From Candidatus Eiseniibacteriota bacterium (lineage in GTDB: Bacteria > Eisenbacteria > RBG-16-71-46): DNA of 64,000 nucleotides. Each line of letters opens with the position of its first letter. Within the stretch, counting starts at the first letter, position 1. The stretch lies in the NCBI GenBank assembly GCA_963744995.1, contig CAVUWA010000009.1:32001-96000 (forward strand). The letters run 5' to 3'. The position numbers and the translations under genes are program-made. Below, piece by piece: positions 39,086 to 48,455 of this stretch. The notes below the pieces were generated by a model. It was given only the letters and a program-made list of their open reading frames with translations. It was not told the DNA's origin and made no database searches.

Positions 39086-40102
39086 ATGCCGCGCCGTGGT
39101 CCCATGCCGTGGATGCCCGTCCTGCTGGCGATGATGCCGGGAACCGCCGTCGTCGATCTGCTGGTGGTGCTCAACAAATCCGGCCACCAGGCCGTGCTGG
39201 TGGATCCTGTGACGCTCGAGATCGTGAAGACGCTGCCGACCGGCACCGGCCCGCACGAGGCCGCCGTGTCGCCCGACGGCCGCACGGCCTACGTCGCCAA
39301 CTACGGCGCCTACCGCCTGTTCCGCGAGGGCGAGAAGCCGCAGCTCGAACGCGGCCACACGATCAGCGTGATCGACCTCGTGCAGCGCGAGGTGGTGGAC
39401 ACGCTCGATCTGGGCGAGTACCTGATGCCGCACGGCATGTCGGTGAGTGCGGACGGTGCGCGGATGTGGGTGACCAGCGAGGCCACGCAGACCGTGCTGG
39501 AGCTCGACCTCGGTACCGGGAAGATCGCCTCGAGCTGGAAGACCGGGCAGGAGATCAGCCACATGCTGGTGCCGGCGCCGGACGAGTCGAAACTCTATGT
39601 GGCCAACATCGGTTCGGGGAGCTGCACGATCATCGATCGGGCGAGCGGCAGGGTGACGACGGTCGAGACGGGGGAGGGCGCCGAGGGTATCGACGTCTCT
39701 CCCGACGGTCGCGAGGTCTGGGTCACCAATCGCGCCGCGGGCACCCTCTCGATCATCGACACGCAGACCGGCCGGGTGAGCGAAACCCTCGAGGCCGGCG
39801 GCGAATTTCCGATCCGCGCGAAGTGGACGCCGGACGGCCGCGAGGTGTGGGTGTCGTGTATGCGCAGCGACGCCGTCCACGTGTTCGACGCGAAGACGCG
39901 GCAGATCATCGCGCGCATCGAAGTCAGGGAGAACCCGGTCGGCATCCAGCTGTCGCCCGACGGCACGCGGGCTTTCGTGGCGAGCACCAACGCCAATTAC
40001 ATCACGGTCGTCGACGTGAAGAGGCGCGAGGTCGCCGGCGGCTTCTCGCCGGGCGAGGAACCCGACGGGATGGCCTGGGCGAGGGTTCCGGCGCAGCCGT
40101 AG
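39086..40102 (+). CDS. YncE/YVTN-type beta-propeller protein
   Basis: Repeated P(H/E)G...SPDG...(Y/W)V.N blades; hydrophobic N-terminus. Confidence 0.85.
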   Translation: MPRRGPMPWMPVLLAMMPGTAVVDLLVVLNKSGHQAVLVDPVTLEIVKTLPTGTGPHEAAVSPDGRTAYVANYGAYRLFREGEKPQLERGHTISVIDLVQREVVDTLDLGEYLMPHGMSVSADGARMWVTSEATQTVLELDLGTGKIASSWKTGQEISHMLVPAPDESKLYVANIGSGSCTIIDRASGRVTTVETGEGAEGIDVSPDGREVWVTNRAAGTLSIIDTQTGRVSETLEAGGEFPIRAKWTPDGREVWVSCMRSDAVHVFDAKTRQIIARIEVRENPVGIQLSPDGTRAFVASTNANYITVVDVKRREVAGGFSPGEEPDGMAWARVPAQP

Positions 40103-40126
40103 CACCGGTGTGAACAGAATCCCCGG

Positions 40127-40157
40127 GGGTCCGCGCGGCGCCCGCCCGCGCGGACCC
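40127..40157. terminator. GC hairpin after the molybdoenzyme operon
   Basis: 12-bp stem GGGTCCGCGCGG / CCGCGCGGACCC; no U-tract. Confidence 0.35.
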
Positions 40158-40288
40158 TGAGCGGCCGTCCGCCGCCCGCTCCTGCCGTGCACCCGGCGCG
40201 GCGATCCGCAGCCGCCTCTCCTGTCCCCCCGGGATCCGTCTTCCCGCCTTGACCCGCGAAGGGACGGCCTTCGGGGCAGGAGGGGACC

Positions 40289-42580
40289 ATGGACCGCGGA
40301 CTGCATCCTCATCTCACGGCGTTCGTCGGAAAGCTGCTCGAACACAGGGCACGGGTCGTCCTGGCCTGGGCCGTGGTGCTGGTCGTGACGGCGCCGCTGG
40401 CCTTCCGCCTGCCCGGCGTCGTGCAGGGCGGTGCGGATCCGATCCCGGGCAGCGAGACCGGGGCCGTGATCCGGGGCATGGAGCGCGCGTTCGGGCGCGG
40501 CGCCTACTACGCCGCCCCGGTGGTCGTGCGGCACGCGACGCTCACGGCGGACGATCCGGAATTCGCGGCAGGCGTCGCCCGGATCGCGGCACTGCTCGCC
40601 GCCGCGCCGGACGTGCGGCGGGTCGAGGACGCCTGGACCTCGCGCCATCCGTCCCTCATCGGCCGGGACCGGCACTCGACGATTCTGATCGTGACGCCCT
40701 CGGTGACGAACTTCTCCGCCGCCGAGGAGATGACCGCCACGTTGCGCGAGGCGCTGCGGGATCGCCTGCCCGCGGGGTTCACGGCGCAGGTCACCGGCAC
40801 CACCGCGATGCTCCACGACGTCGACCGGGAGTCCTCTTCGGATCTGGCCGGCGCCGAGCGCATCGGCCTGCCCATCACGCTGATCATCCTGCTCATCGTC
40901 TTTCGTGCGCCGCTCGCCGCACTGCTGCCGATCGTGCTCGCCCTGATCGCGCTCACCGTGTGCAACGCCGTGCTGCTGCTGGTGTCACGGTTCGTGCCGG
41001 TCAGCGTGTTCGCCGAGAACGTGGCCTCGATGATCGGTCTTGGCGTGGGGATCGACTACGCTCTGTTCGTGCTGTCGCGCTGGCGGCGGGAACTGGCGGG
41101 CGGCCGCTCCGCGGCGGCCGCCGCCCGCATCGCTGCGGGCGAGACGGGGGGAGCCGTGCTGTTCTCGGCGATCGCGGTGGCGGTGGGATTCCTGGCGCTC
41201 ATGCTGGTGGATGCGCCGTTCCTGCGCGCCATCACCGTGAGCGGGGTGTGCGTGGTCGGTGTGGCGGCCTTGGCGGCGGTCACGCTGCTGCCGGTCCTGC
41301 TCGCGACGTTCGGCCGCGCACTCGTCTGGCCCGGACGCGCGGCCGCGGCGTCGCCGGTGCCCCCGCGCGCCCCGGGACGTGCGGGCGGCGGGGCCGCATG
41401 GGCGCGTCTCGTGATGCGGCGTCCATGGGCATTTCTGGCCGCCGCCGGCCTGATCATGTGCGCCGTGGCGCTGCCGGCCCATCGCATGCGCGGCTGGAAC
41501 GTCGGGGTGGGCGAGCTGGGCCCCAGGAGCGAGGCACGGCGTGGATTCGAAGAGCTCGAGGCCCGCTTCGCAGCCGGATGGATGGGCCCCACCGTGCTGC
41601 TCGTCGAGTGCCGCTCGGGCCGGCTCACCGATCCCCGCCGCCTCGAGGCGCTGCGCGCGATGGCGGATCGGCTGGAGCGTGATCCCCGCATCGCGGCCGT
41701 GACCGGCATGTCGGACCTGGCGCGGGCGCTCGAGGGCCCCCCGGGCGGCGCGCCCCTGCCGCGCGCGCTGCTCGAGTCGGCCTCGGGCGTGCTGAGCGCG
41801 GACGGACGCACGGGGGTTATCGCGGTGATCGGCCGTCACGAACCCTCCGCGCCGGAGGCGGGGGAGCTGGTGCGCGATCTGCGTCGCCGGGGTTTCCCCG
41901 CACTGCGGGCCGCGGGGATCACCGTGCAGATCGGCGGTCCGGCCGCGGGTTTCGTGGATTTCGAGCGGACGCTGTTCGGCCGCCTGCCGCTGGTCGTGGG
42001 CGTCGTGCTGCTGCTCACGTTCCTGGTGCTCGCGCTTTCGTTCCGGTCGCTCGTGCTGCCGCTCAAGGCGATCGCGCTCAACCTGCTCTCGGTGCTCGCC
42101 GCGTTCGGATTCCTCGTCCTCGCGTTTCAGGACGGCCGGCTCGAACGCGTGCTCGGGGTGACGCCGACCGGAGGCATCAACGCATTCGTCGTCCTCATGC
42201 TGTTCACGATCCTGTTCGGCCTCAGCATGGATTACGAGGTGTTCGTCCTCTCGCGCATCCGGGACGCCTGGCGGCACACGGGGGACACGCGGCTGGCGGT
42301 CGAACGCGGGGTCGGCGAAACGGCGGGGGTCATCACCAGCGCCGCGCTGATCATGATCTCGATCTTCACGGCATTCGGATTCACGCAGCTTGCCGCGACC
42401 CGCCAGTTCGGGCTGGGGCTCGCATTCGCCGTGGCCCTTGATGCGACCCTGCTGCGCCTGGTGCTGGTCCCCGCGCTGGTGGTGCTGGCGGGGCGGGCGA
42501 ACTGGTGGTGGCCGTTCGGCGTGCATGCGAACGCGTCCGGGACGGCCGCGCCGCTGCACGGCATCCGGGGGTCGCGATGA
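40289..42580 (+). CDS. MMPL/RND family lipid transporter
   Basis: GLGVGIDYALF, G.AVLFS, FGLSMDYEVF.LSRI, VITSAALIM, DATLLR.VLVPA. Confidence 0.93.
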   Translation: MDRGLHPHLTAFVGKLLEHRARVVLAWAVVLVVTAPLAFRLPGVVQGGADPIPGSETGAVIRGMERAFGRGAYYAAPVVVRHATLTADDPEFAAGVARIAALLAAAPDVRRVEDAWTSRHPSLIGRDRHSTILIVTPSVTNFSAAEEMTATLREALRDRLPAGFTAQVTGTTAMLHDVDRESSSDLAGAERIGLPITLIILLIVFRAPLAALLPIVLALIALTVCNAVLLLVSRFVPVSVFAENVASMIGLGVGIDYALFVLSRWRRELAGGRSAAAAARIAAGETGGAVLFSAIAVAVGFLALMLVDAPFLRAITVSGVCVVGVAALAAVTLLPVLLATFGRALVWPGRAAAASPVPPRAPGRAGGGAAWARLVMRRPWAFLAAAGLIMCAVALPAHRMRGWNVGVGELGPRSEARRGFEELEARFAAGWMGPTVLLVECRSGRLTDPRRLEALRAMADRLERDPRIAAVTGMSDLARALEGPPGGAPLPRALLESASGVLSADGRTGVIAVIGRHEPSAPEAGELVRDLRRRGFPALRAAGITVQIGGPAAGFVDFERTLFGRLPLVVGVVLLLTFLVLALSFRSLVLPLKAIALNLLSVLAAFGFLVLAFQDGRLERVLGVTPTGGINAFVVLMLFTILFGLSMDYEVFVLSRIRDAWRHTGDTRLAVERGVGETAGVITSAALIMISIFTAFGFTQLAATRQFGLGLAFAVALDATLLRLVLVPALVVLAGRANWWWPFGVHANASGTAAPLHGIRGSR

Positions 42581-42619
42581 CAAAGCACCTCGACGGGTGT
42601 TCACCCCCTCCCCTAGAGT

Positions 42620-43231
42620 GTGCGCGTGTCCACGGCCGAGATGGTTGCCGGTTTCGCGCGCCTGATCAGCGGTGCGCGACCCCGCTGGCTGGGCTGCCGA
42701 CCCGAGGCGACCCAGCGGATCTACTTCGCGAATCATGGCAGCCACCTCGATGCGGTGGTGCTGTGGGCGCTGCTGCCGCCGCCGCTGCGTTCGCGCACGC
42801 GGCCCGTTGCAGCGCGCGACTACTGGCTCGCGGGCCGCATCCGTCGCCATCTGGCGCTGCGCGCCTTCAACGCCGTGCTCGTGGAGCGCCGCGCGACGAC
42901 GTTCGGGCAGAACCCGCTCGAGGACCTGTACGCCGCGCTCGACGAGGGCGCGTCCCTGATCCTGTTTCCGGAGGGTACGCGCTCGAAGACGCCGGACGTC
43001 GCGGCGTTTCGGCCCGGTCTGTGGCACATGGCCGAACGCTTCCCGGGCGTCGAGCTCGTGCCCGTGTACCTGCGGTACTTCGACCGCGTGCTGCCGCGCG
43101 GGGCGCACTTTCCCGTACCGCTGCTCACCGACGTCGTGTTCGGTCCGCCGCTGCCGCGGATCGCCGGGGAGTCGCGCGAGGCGTTCCTGTCCCGCGCACG
43201 TGAAGCCGTCCTGAGCCTGGGGGTGACATGA
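42620..43231 (+). CDS. Lysophospholipid (PlsC-type) acyltransferase
   Basis: FANHGSHLD (HxxxxD), VAARDYW, FPEGTRS. Confidence 0.92.
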   Translation: MRVSTAEMVAGFARLISGARPRWLGCRPEATQRIYFANHGSHLDAVVLWALLPPPLRSRTRPVAARDYWLAGRIRRHLALRAFNAVLVERRATTFGQNPLEDLYAALDEGASLILFPEGTRSKTPDVAAFRPGLWHMAERFPGVELVPVYLRYFDRVLPRGAHFPVPLLTDVVFGPPLPRIAGESREAFLSRAREAVLSLGVT

Positions 43232-44184
43232 CCGTCTCGGCCGATCGCGAACTGTGGACGCTGCTCGGGTGGGTCGCAGGCCTGCTCGTGATCGTTTCGA
43301 TCGTGACGATCGTCATGCGTCTGATGGTGAAGGAAGGGCCGCTGCGCGAGATCGCCGACAATCTCGCGCTCCGCACCCGTTCGTTCTGGATCGTCTTCCT
43401 GCTGTTCGGCAGTGCGCTCGTCAGCGGCGAGTTCCTCTCGATCCTGCTGTTCATGGTGCTTTCGCTGCTGGCGCTGCGCGAGTTCCTGACGCTGGCGCCC
43501 GTCGAGTCGAGCGACCATCGCGCGATGCTGTGGACGTTCTTCGTGATCACGCCGCTCCAGTACCTGGTGGTCGGTGCCCACTGGTACGGCTTCTACAGCA
43601 TCATGATTCCGGTGTGGGCGTTCCTGTTCATCCCGACGCTGAACGCGATGGTGGGCGACTCGCGCCGGTTTCTGGAGCGCACCGCGACGCTGCAGTGGGG
43701 GCTCATGATCTGCGTCTATTGCGTCAGCTACGCGCCGGCGCTGCTCAGGCTGGACATCCCCGGCTACGAGGGCCAGAACGCGAAGCTGCTGCTCTACTGC
43801 GTGGGCGTCGCACAGCTCTCGGACTTCCTGCAGTTCGTGTTCGGCAAGTGGCTCGGACGCCACCCCATGGCGCCGCGCATCAGCCCGAAGAAGACCTGGG
43901 AGGGCTTTCTGCTCGGCGTGGGCTGTGCGACCGCCGTGGGCACGGTGCTCTGGTACATGACGCCTTTCCGCGCGTGGCAGGCGGCGCTGATGTCGCTGGC
44001 CATCGCGCTGATGGGCGTGGCGGGAGGGCTCACGATGTCGGCGATCAAGCGGGATCGCGGCGTGAAGGACTTCGGCACGTTGCTGCCCGGCCACGGCGGC
44101 ATGCTCGACCGCATCGATTCGGTGACGTTCTCGGTGCCGGTGTTCTTCCACCTGACGCGCTTCTTCTTCGCGAGGGTGTCGTGA
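43228..44184 (+). CDS. Phosphatidate cytidylyltransferase, YnbB-like
   Basis: ALREF, QWGLMICVYC.S, SD..Q...GK, ISPKKTWEG, SAIKRD.GVKD, GHGGMLDRIDS. Confidence 0.93.
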   Translation: MTVSADRELWTLLGWVAGLLVIVSIVTIVMRLMVKEGPLREIADNLALRTRSFWIVFLLFGSALVSGEFLSILLFMVLSLLALREFLTLAPVESSDHRAMLWTFFVITPLQYLVVGAHWYGFYSIMIPVWAFLFIPTLNAMVGDSRRFLERTATLQWGLMICVYCVSYAPALLRLDIPGYEGQNAKLLLYCVGVAQLSDFLQFVFGKWLGRHPMAPRISPKKTWEGFLLGVGCATAVGTVLWYMTPFRAWQAALMSLAIALMGVAGGLTMSAIKRDRGVKDFGTLLPGHGGMLDRIDSVTFSVPVFFHLTRFFFARVS

Positions 44185-44999
44185 ACGCCCCCGCGGCGCC
44201 GATGCGCGCGTCGTACGCCGTGGCGCGCATGTTCCTGCGCACCGCGGGGCGATTGAGCGACGGCCTCTCGTTGTGTTTCGAGGAGGGTCTCACTTCGGGG
44301 CGGATGCTGGAGTACGTCTACCGCAACCGGCCCTCCGGCCGGCTCTGGATCGGCCGCTGGATGGACGCCCGCTTCCTGTCCTCGCCCGGCTGGCAGGCCG
44401 TGCGCGAACGGCGCGCGCTGCTGGAGCAGGCGATCGAGCGTGCGATCGGCGCGCTGCGCGGCGAGGGACGGGCGGTGTCGCTCGTCGACGTGGCCTCCGG
44501 CCCGGCGGCGTACGTGCTGGCCGTGCTGAAGCGCACAGGCGAGGAAGACGTCGCCGCGCTGTGCCGCGATCTGGACGAGCGCTGGCTCGCGCGCGGTCGC
44601 GAAGCGGCCGCGGCGCTCGGGCTCGAGCACGTGCGGTTCGAGCGGGGCGATGCGCTCGACCGGGATGCACTGCTCGCGCTCTCCCCGCGTCCGAACCTGG
44701 GGGTCGCATCGGGGTTCTACGACTGGATCGTCGAGGACGAGGTGGTGATCCGCTCGATCGGGCTCGTGCACGAGGCCCTCGAGCCCGGCGGTTTCTTCGC
44801 CCTCACGCACCAGGTGGCGAACCCGGATCTGCCGTTCCTGACCGCGGTGTTCACGGACTTCCACCGGGCGCCGCTGCGCATGAAGATGCGCGAGACGGAC
44901 ACGGTGCATCGCTGGCTCGGCGAGGCGGGCTTCGTCGTGGTCGACACGCGCACCGATGCGCGCGGCTGCTATGCCGTGACGCTCGCGCGCAAACCCTGA
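44181..44999 (+). CDS. SAM-dependent methyltransferase resembling the C-terminal domain of YnbC
   Basis: SG..LEYVYRN.P.G, GW.AVRER, VDVASG...YVL, GDAL, SGFYD. Confidence 0.8.
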   Translation: MNAPAAPMRASYAVARMFLRTAGRLSDGLSLCFEEGLTSGRMLEYVYRNRPSGRLWIGRWMDARFLSSPGWQAVRERRALLEQAIERAIGALRGEGRAVSLVDVASGPAAYVLAVLKRTGEEDVAALCRDLDERWLARGREAAAALGLEHVRFERGDALDRDALLALSPRPNLGVASGFYDWIVEDEVVIRSIGLVHEALEPGGFFALTHQVANPDLPFLTAVFTDFHRAPLRMKMRETDTVHRWLGEAGFVVVDTRTDARGCYAVTLARKP

Positions 45000-45006
45000 G
45001 GGCCCC

Positions 45007-45630
45007 ATGGATCTCGGCCTGTACCACCTCAAGTATCCGGCGCGGAGACTGATCGAGGGCCTGCTGCCGCGCTTCGGCCGCACCGACCCCAACCGGATCA
45101 GCTGGGCGATGCTGCCGGTGGGGGCGGCGATCGCGGCGTGCTACGTGGGGGGCGCGCACGGGCCGGCGTGGCTGTACCTCGTGGCGGTGGCCCTGGTGTT
45201 CGTGCGCATGTTCCTCGGCACGCTCGACGGGCTCGTGGCGACGCACTTCCAGCGCAGCTCGAAGGCAGGGGAGATCGTGAATCGCCTGGCGCCCGAGCTG
45301 TGCGACGCGATGTACCTGCTCGCGCTCGCACTGGCGCGTCCGGAGTGGCTGGTCCCCGGGCTGTTCGCGCTCGCGGCATCGTGGCTGGTGACGTTCGCGG
45401 GTCTCGTGGGGGCGACGGCCGGACTCCCGACGCAGAGCGTCGGCCCGGTGGGACAAACCGACCGGCTCGCGGCGCTGCAGCTGCTCTCGGTGCTGGCGTG
45501 GGCGTCCGACACGTTCGGCTGGGGCGTCGACTTCCTGCTCGGTTTCCTCTGGTGGGCCGCGTTCGGCGGGGCGCTCACGGTGGGGCTGCGCCTCACGCGT
45601 CACCTGCGCGCAGCGCAGACGGGCCGATGA
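45007..45630 (+). CDS. CDP-alcohol phosphatidyltransferase, YnbA-like
   Basis: LYHLK, PN.IS, RM....LDGLVA......S..GEIVN......D, GPVGQTDR. Confidence 0.85.
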   Translation: MDLGLYHLKYPARRLIEGLLPRFGRTDPNRISWAMLPVGAAIAACYVGGAHGPAWLYLVAVALVFVRMFLGTLDGLVATHFQRSSKAGEIVNRLAPELCDAMYLLALALARPEWLVPGLFALAASWLVTFAGLVGATAGLPTQSVGPVGQTDRLAALQLLSVLAWASDTFGWGVDFLLGFLWWAAFGGALTVGLRLTRHLRAAQTGR

Positions 45631-47657
45631 GCGGATCCGCCCCGCGTCCCGGAACCGCGGCACCCGGTCTGCGCGCCGGTCTGCCGGCGACGCGCGAATG
45701 GCGTTTCTTCAACTACGCGGCCACGGCGCCCATGCTGGACGTCGCGGCCGCAGCGATGACCGACGTAGCGCGCGAGAATCTGCGCCCGCTGTCGGAACAT
45801 TTCCCGCTCTGGCTCAAGCGCGTCGAACGGGCGCGGCGCGCCGTGGCGGAGCTGCTCGCTGCGGGGTCCGACGAGATCACCCTCACCAGCGGCACGAGCG
45901 TCGCCCTGTCGCTGGCCGCCGCGTCGGTGCGCTGGCGCGCGGGGGACCGGGTGCTCTACCCGGCGGACGAGTTTCCCTCGAATCGTTTCGTCTGGGACAA
46001 CCTGCACGATCTCGGCGTGCGCGCGGAGCCGGTGCCGGTCGTCGCGGGCGTGCGTTTCGCGGATCAGCTGGCAGGCATGAACCTGTCCGGGGTGAGGCTC
46101 GTGGCGTTCTCGGCGGTGTCCTACCGCGACGGACGGCGTCACGACGCGGCGGCGGTGGCCGCCGTGTGCGCACCGCGCGGCATCCTCACGTGCGTGGACG
46201 CCATCCAGGCCGTGGGCGCGATCCCCGCATCGGTCCGGGCGTGGAACTGCGACTTCGCCGCCTGCGGCGGGCAGAAGTGGCTGCTCGGACCCGTGGGCAG
46301 CGGCTTCCTGTTCGTGCGCCGTTCGCTGCTCGAGACGCTGCACGTTCCCACCGTCGGCTGGGCCAGCAGCCGGCACGCCGGCGACCCGGCGGCGGTCACG
46401 CTGGCATTCTGCGACGGCGCGGCCCGCTTCGAGGCCGGTCTGCCCGATGTCGCGGCCATCGCGGGCCTCCACGCCAGTATCGAGCGTCTGCAGGCGGAAG
46501 GTTGGGCGGACGTGCACCGGCGCGTGATGACCCACCGAACCCGCCTCGCGGCGGGTCTGTGGAGATGCGGGCTCGATCTGCTGCACGACGGCGCCCCCGA
46601 GGCCACCGCCGGGATCGTCGCCGCGCGCGTCACCCGGGACCAGGCGGCGCGTGTGGCGGAGGCGTTCGCTCGGGAGCGCATTCTGGCGACGCTGCGCCCG
46701 GGGGAATTGCGGCTCTCCGCCCACGCGACGACCTCGGACGAGGACGTGTCGTCATGCCTGGCGGCGCTCGAGCGCGCGCTCGGGCGCGGGACGCGTGCGC
46801 CGCGCCGTCCGCCGCCTGCGGCGTCGGGCGATCCGGAGGCGCCCGCGCGGGGCGCGGCGCCCGCCGACTGGCGGCATGCGCTCCTCACCGGCGCGTCCAG
46901 CGGGCTCGGCGCGGCGATCGCCGAGACGCTCGCCGCGCGCGGCACGCACCTCACGCTGCTCGCCCGGGACGCTGCGGCGCTGGAGGCGCTCGCAGCCCGG
47001 CTGCGGAAGGAGCACGGCGTCGAGGCGAGGATCGCGCCGCTGGATCTGGCGGAGGAGACGGCGGTGACGGACTGGATCGAGCACGACCGTGCGGCGCTCG
47101 AGGATGTGGACCTCCTCGTCAATGATGCCGCGATGGCCGAGGCGGCGCCGTTCCTCGAGCTCGATCCCGGCCGCGTGCGCGCGGCGTTCGCGGTCAACGT
47201 GTTCGCGCCGATGGCGCTTGCGCGTGCGCTGCTGCCGGCGATGCTGGCGCGCCGTCGCGGAACGCTCCTGAACGTCCTGACCTCCGGCGCCCGGAACGCG
47301 CTGCCGCTGTTCGCCGCCTACGCCTCGAGCAAGGGCGCGCTGTGGTCCTGGAGCGAGTCGCTGGCCCGCGAGCTGGACGGCACCGGCGTCGACGTGACGA
47401 CGTTCGTTCCGCCCCACATGGACACGGCGACGCGCAACCAGCTTCTGCGGCGCGCGGTGGCCTGGTTCGGAGCGGGAGGCGCGAGCCCCCGGGTCGTGCC
47501 GGTCGCGCACGTGGCCCGGCAGGCGCTCGAAGCCGCCTCGCGCGGACGTCGCACCGTAGCCCCGCTCCAGGTGCGCTGGCAGATCGCCCTCGGCTCGCTC
47601 GCCCCCGGACTCATCGAGCGTGAGATCCGCAGGCGCTGGCGCGGCGGGTCGACCTAG
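45627..47657 (+). CDS. Fusion protein: class-V PLP-dependent enzyme plus short-chain dehydrogenase/reductase
   Basis: N-terminal NYAATAP, EFPSN, DAIQAVG, GQKWLLGP, RFEAG; Pro/Ala linker; C-terminal TGASSGLG, VNDA, YASSK. Confidence 0.88.
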   Translation: MSGSAPRPGTAAPGLRAGLPATREWRFFNYAATAPMLDVAAAAMTDVARENLRPLSEHFPLWLKRVERARRAVAELLAAGSDEITLTSGTSVALSLAAASVRWRAGDRVLYPADEFPSNRFVWDNLHDLGVRAEPVPVVAGVRFADQLAGMNLSGVRLVAFSAVSYRDGRRHDAAAVAAVCAPRGILTCVDAIQAVGAIPASVRAWNCDFAACGGQKWLLGPVGSGFLFVRRSLLETLHVPTVGWASSRHAGDPAAVTLAFCDGAARFEAGLPDVAAIAGLHASIERLQAEGWADVHRRVMTHRTRLAAGLWRCGLDLLHDGAPEATAGIVAARVTRDQAARVAEAFARERILATLRPGELRLSAHATTSDEDVSSCLAALERALGRGTRAPRRPPPAASGDPEAPARGAAPADWRHALLTGASSGLGAAIAETLAARGTHLTLLARDAAALEALAARLRKEHGVEARIAPLDLAEETAVTDWIEHDRAALEDVDLLVNDAAMAEAAPFLELDPGRVRAAFAVNVFAPMALARALLPAMLARRRGTLLNVLTSGARNALPLFAAYASSKGALWSWSESLARELDGTGVDVTTFVPPHMDTATRNQLLRRAVAWFGAGGASPRVVPVAHVARQALEAASRGRRTVAPLQVRWQIALGSLAPGLIEREIRRRWRGGST

Positions 47658-47673
47658 ACGCGGCGTTGCGCGT

Positions 47674-48455
47674 TCAGCGCCGCGGGTCGCGCGGGCGCGC
47701 GGCCGGCTTGCGGCGCAGGAACGGCTGTTCCAGCAGGTGCCACGACGGAATCGCGAACGCCAGCGTGATGGGCGCCGCGAGCATCGCGATCGTCATGGCG
47801 TGGGCGCCCGGCAGAGTCGCGACGACCCACTGCTCGATCGGGAACGCGTAGGCGTAGGTGCTGTACGAGTAGTCGCCCACGCGACGGTAGAAGCCGAGCC
47901 CCGGGATCCGGGCATACGCGATCCAGATCACCAGGTAGACCAGCGTGATCGCGTACACCGCCATGAACGGCCGCGGCAGCAGGAAGTCCGCGCAGAGCAG
48001 CGCGAGCGCGAGGGCACGTGCTGGAAGACGCCCGGCAGGTGGTAGCGCACGCCCGTCGGCCACGCGATACAGTTCTGGAGCGCGTAGGTCCACGTGCGCG
48101 GGTCGCGCAGGTAGGTGGCGGTCGGCAGATCGGTCTGCAGCGGTCCGAGCACGAAGGCGCACGCCATGGCGGTCACGATCAGGACCGGATAGATGCGCAG
48201 GGCGCGCGCCTCCGCGAACGAGCGCAGGCTGCGGCGCTTGAGCAGGCTCGACGTGACCAGGAAGCCGCTGATGACGAAGAACACGTCCACGGCCAGGTGC
48301 CCGAACGAGAAGCCGACGATCCGCTCGAGCGGATCCGCGTCGACTCCGGAGATCGGGAACGAGTGGCTGTAGACGACCAGCAGCACCGCGAGGATGCGCA
48401 GCAGGTTGAAGTTGTTGTTGCGGTCGCCGAGCCGGCGCGACAGCGGCTCTGCCAT
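47674..48455 (-). pseudogene. Acyltransferase-3 (OafA-like) gene with internal deletion and frameshift
   Basis: N-half (NNFNLLR, SHS, AVDVFFVISGFL, RALRIYP, LPGVF) and C-half (GDYSYSTY..FPIEQ, SWHLLEQP) are in different frames joined near 48015. The usual central W(T/S)L..E motif is missing. Confidence 0.75.
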
